A DNA stretch of 64,000 nt. Source: Phaeosaccion multiseriatum. Taxonomy: Eukaryota; Protista; Ochrophyta, other classes. Under the pieces are notes generated by a model. It was not told the origin of the DNA, ran no database searches, and saw only the letters and a list, made by a program, of their open reading frames with translations. The stretch covers positions 124,001 through 188,000 of the forward strand of contig OZ218963.1 in assembly GCA_965112735.1 (NCBI GenBank), written 5' to 3'. A program made the position numbers and the translations under genes. Below are positions 58,214-64,000 of this stretch, in pieces. Position 1 is the stretch's first letter; each line of letters begins with the position of its first letter.

Positions 58214-59668
58214 TCAGCCGTCCTCCCTCCGACGAATGCGGCGCAAGACGCCCTTCATGGACGCCCCACTCCACGACGGAAACATCGCGTCCACCCGCTC
58301 CCCCAGCCACCACACCGCATATACCACCAACACGTTCACGTACTTATCCGCCCTCTCCTCTAACACGCCGGCCCCTAATGGCCCAAACTGCTTCATCCAC
58401 TCGTTGGCGTTTCGCACGATCTGTTGGCACTCCTCGTCGTGGGAGCGCATCCAGTCCAGCACAGCCCCGGCGTCTGCGGGGTCATTGAGCGGCACGTAGT
58501 GCACGTAGGGCTGCAGCAGGCCCTCCATGAGCCAGCTCTCCTTGGTCGGGGTGGGCATGACCATGACCGAATTGTGCGTCATGAGCCATTTGGTGTTGGT
58601 GGCCACGTCGTTTCCCTCCAGGCTCAGCACGTACTTGAAGCCCATCACCTCCTTCCGGGTCATGCCCTTGCCCTGGTACCTCTTATTACTACTACTCTCC
58701 ACCCCATCTGTTGCCATCCCCCCTTCTTGTCGGGGGGGTTGGACCACCCACTTCTCCTGCCCCTGTGTGACCTTGTTGAACTTGACGTCGTGCCCCTCAT
58801 CTGCCAAAGCCCACACAAAGTCCCTCCGGAGCCCCCCCCCTGTGGTGGTGCCTCTCCATACCAGCTCCTCCCTCTTGTCCTCCCACGGCACGAAGGAGGC
58901 GTTGGTCATAGCTATGCCCAGCCAGTGCCGCGGAGTGTTGAGGGGGAGCAAGATTCCGTGGTTCCTCTCTCCCTTCCTCCAGTCGATGGTGCGGCTTCCT
59001 CCTACCGCTGCCTCTTGCCGGTGCGGCGACCCCTGCCCCACCCCCCCCCCTTCTCCCTCCCCCTTGCCGTCTCCTCCTCCCCGAACAATGGTCCTACTCT
59101 TGACTAACACCGCCCCTTCCACCCCGTCAGACACTTGTGCGTCTCCGAACTGCACCGCGAAGGAAGACCCCTTGGGCAGGGCCAGCGCGTTGCAGATGCG
59201 ACTCATGTCGTTGTAGTAGTTCGGCGTCCCCCCGGCTTTCCACTGTGTGTCTCCGTGTGTGTACACAAAGGGCTTATCGAAGCCCGGCTCTCTCGCCAGT
59301 AGCTCCCCCAGCACCTTCCGGCTCATGCCCTTGCCGTGCCCTATGCCCTCTCTGCCTACCCCAGCTTGGTCCCCCAGGTAGTACCTCAGCCTGTCCCAGT
59401 CCAGCCCACCCGACGCTGCGGATGCTGCCGACGGCCCCACACTGTCCAGCACGGCCTGAGGGATCTTGCTTCTAGCGGGCCTGTCCTCGTCACCCCCACA
59501 TGGAGAGAAGAGCTGCCCCTGCCCCTGCTGTGCGCGCTGAGTGCCCCCGCTCAGCATGAGGTGAGCCACCAGCCGAGTGGACACGTACAGGGACGTGAGG
59601 ATGCACAGGAGCGACATGCTTGCCCAAGCCACGCTCCGCAGCCCCATTGTTTGGGCTTGGGCTCTCAT
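58214..59668 (-). CDS. Glycosyltransferase family 90 (CAP10/KDELC-like), paralog of 22098-23354, intronless
   Basis: N-terminal TM, then VPWEDKREELVWRGTTTG, FKYVLSLEGNDVATNTKW, KESWLMEGLLQPYVHYVPL. First ATG is at 59668. Confidence 0.92.
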   Translation of the reverse strand: MRAQAQTMGLRSVAWASMSLLCILTSLYVSTRLVAHLMLSGGTQRAQQGQGQLFSPCGGDEDRPARSKIPQAVLDSVGPSAASAASGGLDWDRLRYYLGDQAGVGREGIGHGKGMSRKVLGELLAREPGFDKPFVYTHGDTQWKAGGTPNYYNDMSRICNALALPKGSSFAVQFGDAQVSDGVEGAVLVKSRTIVRGGGDGKGEGEGGGVGQGSPHRQEAAVGGSRTIDWRKGERNHGILLPLNTPRHWLGIAMTNASFVPWEDKREELVWRGTTTGGGLRRDFVWALADEGHDVKFNKVTQGQEKWVVQPPRQEGGMATDGVESSSNKRYQGKGMTRKEVMGFKYVLSLEGNDVATNTKWLMTHNSVMVMPTPTKESWLMEGLLQPYVHYVPLNDPADAGAVLDWMRSHDEECQQIVRNANEWMKQFGPLGAGVLEERADKYVNVLVVYAVWWLGERVDAMFPSWSGASMKGVLRRIRRREDG

Positions 59669-60888
59669 TGGACGATACAAGTAGCTCGCCGAGAAGAAAC
59701 TCTTCTATCTACTACTACTAAGTACCTCGTTGTATTGCTGTTGCTCCTATTGTCCCTCCTCCTCTCGGTCATGACGACTGCGCTACAGCTGCGTAAGCAC
59801 TCCTCCCTCACTGCACGCACGGCCCGTCCATTTTCGAGAATTCGATCAGGCCACCATGCGCCTTGGGCATGAACCCACGCTGCTTGCTCTCTGTTTTAAA
59901 GCGGGAGGGAGGGAGGGAGGGAGGGAGGGAGTGGGCGAGCAAGGAATTGAGACACGTCACAAGGGGGAAAGGGGGGGGGAGGAATCATAACAATCATTGC
60001 ATGGGAAGCTTCGGTGGTCGGTCACTGAGGTGAAAGAGCGAGGCGCTATACCCCTCACTCATGCGTGCAAAATTCACTCATCCTCTCACTCACCTCCGTA
60101 CCCACCTACCCACTACCCACTTATCCACCACCCACCTACAAGCAACCCCCTCAAAGCCCACAACCACACACTAGGTCATTCCCTGGCTCCTCACGCTCAC
60201 CCTTGCAAGGATTATCGGAATCCTTTGGGCTTTAGGGAAAAATTAAGATCCTGCAGAAAGATTGCCTTCCGGTCATCGCAGCCGGCCCCTCTGAAGGATA
60301 CAGCTCAATTTATTCAAGTCCCTCCAGGCGTAGTATCTCTTTGCTTACTCAGAATGGAGGAGAGGGAGGTAGGTCTAAAGGAGTAGAGGGAGGGGAAAAA
60401 GGGAGGGAGAGACATGGCGAGATAGTCGCCAACCCAGTGTTGTGGACCACCAACTCCTCATCATCCAAAAAGAAAAGATAGCCTATACCATCCTGCCTCA
60501 TCATCCAGTCTACTCTCTTCTCTTGGCTGGTCCTCTTGTATTACAGACTCGTGTGTGAACTATACTAAGCTTAGGCCTGACGCTATTTACGCCCCGGTGG
60601 GAGAGGAGGGGGAAGAAGTAGTGGTAGGAAAGTTTTTTCTGAAGTTCAGGAGAAGGAGTTTTGCATCCACTATTGGGAGAACAGAGAGAGGAGTAGGAGT
60701 AGAGGGGAGGGGAAGGCATTTTGAGGGGAAGTAGTAGGCGACCTTAAAGCGTACCTGATGATTGGCATGTAAGAAGAATCGCCCAACGGAACACAAAGGA
60801 AGTGAGTGCTCCGCATCCAGTAGCGTGGGTGGTCGCTATAGTCGTTTAGTCCCTCGGGGAGGGGGGCGTGACTGAAGAGGAAGAAGTC

Positions 60889-63800
60889 ATGGCCCCTATG
60901 TTTTCCCCCTACGGTAGCACATTTTCGAGAGAATCAGGGGGGAGAGGCAGCAGGGAGGGCTTTGGAACAAAGCGCTGCCGAGGATGGGAAAGATGGGGAA
61001 AGAAGCTCTTGCTCGTGCCCCTGGTGGGGCTGGCCGCGCGGCACTTTTCCACTTTCCGCCTATACGACCATCGTGTCATTAGCACCAAGGCGGAAAAGGG
61101 AGGGGTGCCCGTCGCGGTGAGCAGCATGTGTTCTCGCCGTTCAGACACGGTCTTTGGGGCTGCAATGTCTGTTGCAGAGCTGCTGCCCTTGCGACACACC
61201 CCCCACCCGGCGCTCGCCGAGTACCGCAACGGCATGTTCTTCATCGCGGCCAACCTGCACGACAACGCCCGGCTGTGTCCGTCTTGGCAGCAGGAGGTCC
61301 TGAAGCTCGTCTTCATGCTCGAGGCAACCCAAGGGCAAAACGTCTTTGTGTCTGTGTTCGAGAGCGGCAGCACGGACGCCACTGCAGAGCACTTGGTCGA
61401 ATTTAAGCGGCAGCTCGCGTTGCTGCGCATACCCCATCACGTGGAGACGTCGAACGAGACCCGGCAGCCTGGGGAGGACCGCATCCCCTTCCTCGCTGCG
61501 ATGCGCAACAAGGCTCTACTGCCTCTGTACCAGTCGAGCCAGCAGTACGACCAGGTATGGCCAAGTGACTAGTGAGCCTGCTGATCGATCCATGCGTCTC
61601 CTCTGCTCTGTTGCCGATAGTGAACTCTTGTCTCTCTACCCGGCCACCAAAGACAGAGACACTAAAGGAGCCTTTTACTGGCTTACTTTGCATATGTCCA
61701 CAACAACAGGTGCTGTTCCTCAACGACGTGTTCTTCTGTGCAGAGGACGTGCTGCCCCTGCTGCACCAAACCCGCCTCCCGCACCCGCACGGGGCCGACA
61801 TGGCCTGCTCCACCGACTGGATCGGGAAGAAGCCCAAATGCCCCGACTGCGCCGACTATCGGTTGTATGACGTGTGGGTAGGGATGGACGTGGAGGGGCA
61901 CAAGTTCACAAACGAGCCCCCGTACCTCCGTCACGCGGACTCGGCTCGGGCGCTGCGAGAGGGCCGTCCGTTCCAAGTGTTCTCGTGCTGGAACGGCATG
62001 GTGAGCATTGACGCCGACGTGTTCCAGCAAGAGTCCCTGCGGCTGCGGGCGGCGAGGGATGGGTTGGAGTGCGCGGCTTCGGAGTGCGAGCTTCTCGCCA
62101 GGGACTTGTGGGACATTGGGAGGGGCAGAGTCGTGGTGGTGCCCTCCTCTGTGGTGGCATACGAGGCCGACGTGTTTGTCAACGTGCCGAGGCCCAGCAG
62201 GGACCTCAGCCACACCCCGCCGGCTCGCTACATTGATGCCTTTCCTGCGGCACTGACGTGCTGCCCGCTGCCCAAGGGAAGGGACACATTCAAGTCGTGC
62301 TTCGACGACAGCACGTGGCGGGCCGTGAACAGGGTGTTGGGCGGCGTGCCCAGAGCAGCGGGCAAGGGGGAGGAGAGCGTCGCTGTGGCGATGGTTGACG
62401 GGCAGGAGCGAGGGCAAGCGCTGACGATGGAAGGCCTGGCGAGGAGCCTGCAGGAGGGGCAATGCTCGGAGGAGGAAAGGCGGCGGCTGGCGGAGTACGC
62501 CATCCCTCCCCGCATCCTGCAGAGCGGCAAGACGGGCCTGGTGAGCGGCTACAGCTTCGAGGCGCTGCGAGGGCCCATGGCGTGGATGACCATGCACCCG
62601 TGCCACGAGTACGCCTTCCTGGACGACGAGCGCATCCTTGCCTTCATTGGGGAGCACTACCCCCAATTCGAGGGGGTGGTTGGCGCCGTGGCCAACGGAG
62701 GAGAGCTGGCGGACTTTGCGCGCTACCTGTTCATGTACCACTTGGGCGGGGTGTATGCGGACCTGGACACGCTGCCGCTGGAGCCTGTGTGGGGTATGTA
62801 CACGCCCTCCGACGCCTTCGTGGTGGGGCTGGAGAGCGACTTTGAGTCCGAGGCAAAGTCTCTGGAGTGGGCTTACGCAAGGCCCAAGTCGCTCTCTCTG
62901 CACGCCTTCGCGTCCCGCCCCCGCAACGACGTGCTGTGGAAGGTGGTGGAGAGCGTGGCCGACAACATCAAGGACACCACCGATGTGTACAGAGAGATTC
63001 ACAGCCGGCGAAAGGGCGCGTGTCACCACATCGAGACCATCCTCAAGACCGGGCCGGGCGTGTTCACAGATGTTGTGCTTGCGAACACCCAACCCTTTTC
63101 CCCGGTGCAGGTGAAAGTGTTGGGCATCCCCGCCTTCTCCTCTGCCCACTCTCGCGGCCAGGCCTTCTACGAGCTGCAGTCAAAGGCCTCCCTGGAGGGG
63201 TGGACGAGCTTTGTGCAGCACTTCAACAAGGGCACTTGGCTGCGCACATGCGACGGGAACGCCATGAAGTCAATAAAATATGACTTTATCCCCCTCCGAA
63301 GCTTCATGCTCCAGGGGCAGTGGATGGCCGCGCACGCACCCGCAGCCGAGTGGGACGAAGAGGCTGCCCCCGTGTTTGTGTATCCCCCCTGGGATTCGCC
63401 CATGTACCCCCCCTGGGACCCGCCTGGCGGAGAGAGAGAGGGAGAGCAGGCGGGGGCAAGGACTCCTCCTCGTCGTCCTCCTCCACCACCTGTGTTTCTG
63501 CAGCTGGGACGAGATGGTGTGTTGTCAGCAAAGACGGGGCTCGGCCCTAGAGACCCCAAGGGGGCCGACGAGCTCTGGAGCCTGCCCCCTGGGGCGGCGC
63601 AGAGAGTGCTAACTCAATCTGGAAATAAAGGAACTGAAACGGAAACTGCGGGACAGAATAAAGGAACTGAAACGGAAACTGCGGGACAGAGCGTGGTGCT
63701 GCAGCTCCAGGGCGACGGCAATTTCGTCCTTCGGGGTTTCCGAAACGACGCTACAGGTAGCACCTATTGGGATGGCAGTGGATGCAGCGAGCGGGTCGCA

Positions 63801-64000
63801 AAGGGTAATGCTCTGTGGGCGTCGCACTCCACCGAGCCGTGGCCGGGCGCCTGGGCCGGGGGTGGTGGGGCGTGTTTGTTCGCCGTGCTGCGGCCTCAGG
63901 ACGGGAGATTGGCTCTGTACGCGGGGCACGAGCCCGTGGGTAGCGGGGGGATGTGGCCAGGGCCGGGCAGGCGAGCCGCTTGGTGGCAGGGTTGTGTGGA
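60889..64000 (+). CDS. Fusion protein: GT69 (CAP59/CMT1-like) + GT32 (DXD, Och1-like) + bulb-type (B) mannose-binding lectin; continues beyond the window
   Basis: Exon 1 is 60889-61554 and exon 2 runs from 61710, open to the window end. GT69 motifs: FIAANLHDN, VFVSVFESGSTD, RIPFLAAMRNKALLPL, VLFLNDVFFC, YDVWVGMD, PFQVFSCWNG, CAASECEL. GT32 motifs: IPPRILQS, ADFARYLFMYHLGGVYADLD, TGPGVFTD, HFNKGTW. B-lectin: LQLGRDGVL..LWS, LQLQGDGNFVL..LWAS, LRPQDGRLALY..WW. Confidence 0.88.

Noticed and set aside
61683-63149. 488-aa minus-strand ORF
   Set aside because: Antisense shadow of the GT69-GT32 exon.

Overview
Intron-rich, GC-rich, microsatellite-dense eukaryotic nuclear DNA. It is most likely from a photosynthetic stramenopile (ochrophyte), because the nuclear Ycf48/HCF136 carries a bipartite signal + AFAP plastid-targeting peptide. 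Genes reconstructed by hand through splice sites are: an arrestin-domain protein with an inserted, apparently circularly permuted C2 domain (runs off the left edge), HCF136/Ycf48, aspartate aminotransferase, a CCDC33-like C2/coiled-coil protein, an uncharacterised longin-like protein, two intronless GT90 (CAP10) glycosyltransferases, a large FANCA-like gene, a secreted protein built from 15 tandem two-exon LNR (Notch-repeat) cassettes, long-form RNase Z (ELAC2), and a GT69-GT32-B-lectin fusion (runs off the right edge). The most unusual signals are: (1) the phase-compatible LNR exon-cassette array with hypervariable positions, (2) a FANCA-like gene in an alga, (3) several 10-15 bp words iterated many times on both strands, in both exons and introns, (4) a head-to-head GT90 / GT69-GT32-lectin pair, (5) a TIR/TSD-flanked 2.2 kb element ending just upstream of the AAT start codon, and (6) a 730 bp fold-back of a Myb-like exon. 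All family assignments come from remembered motifs, not from database searches.
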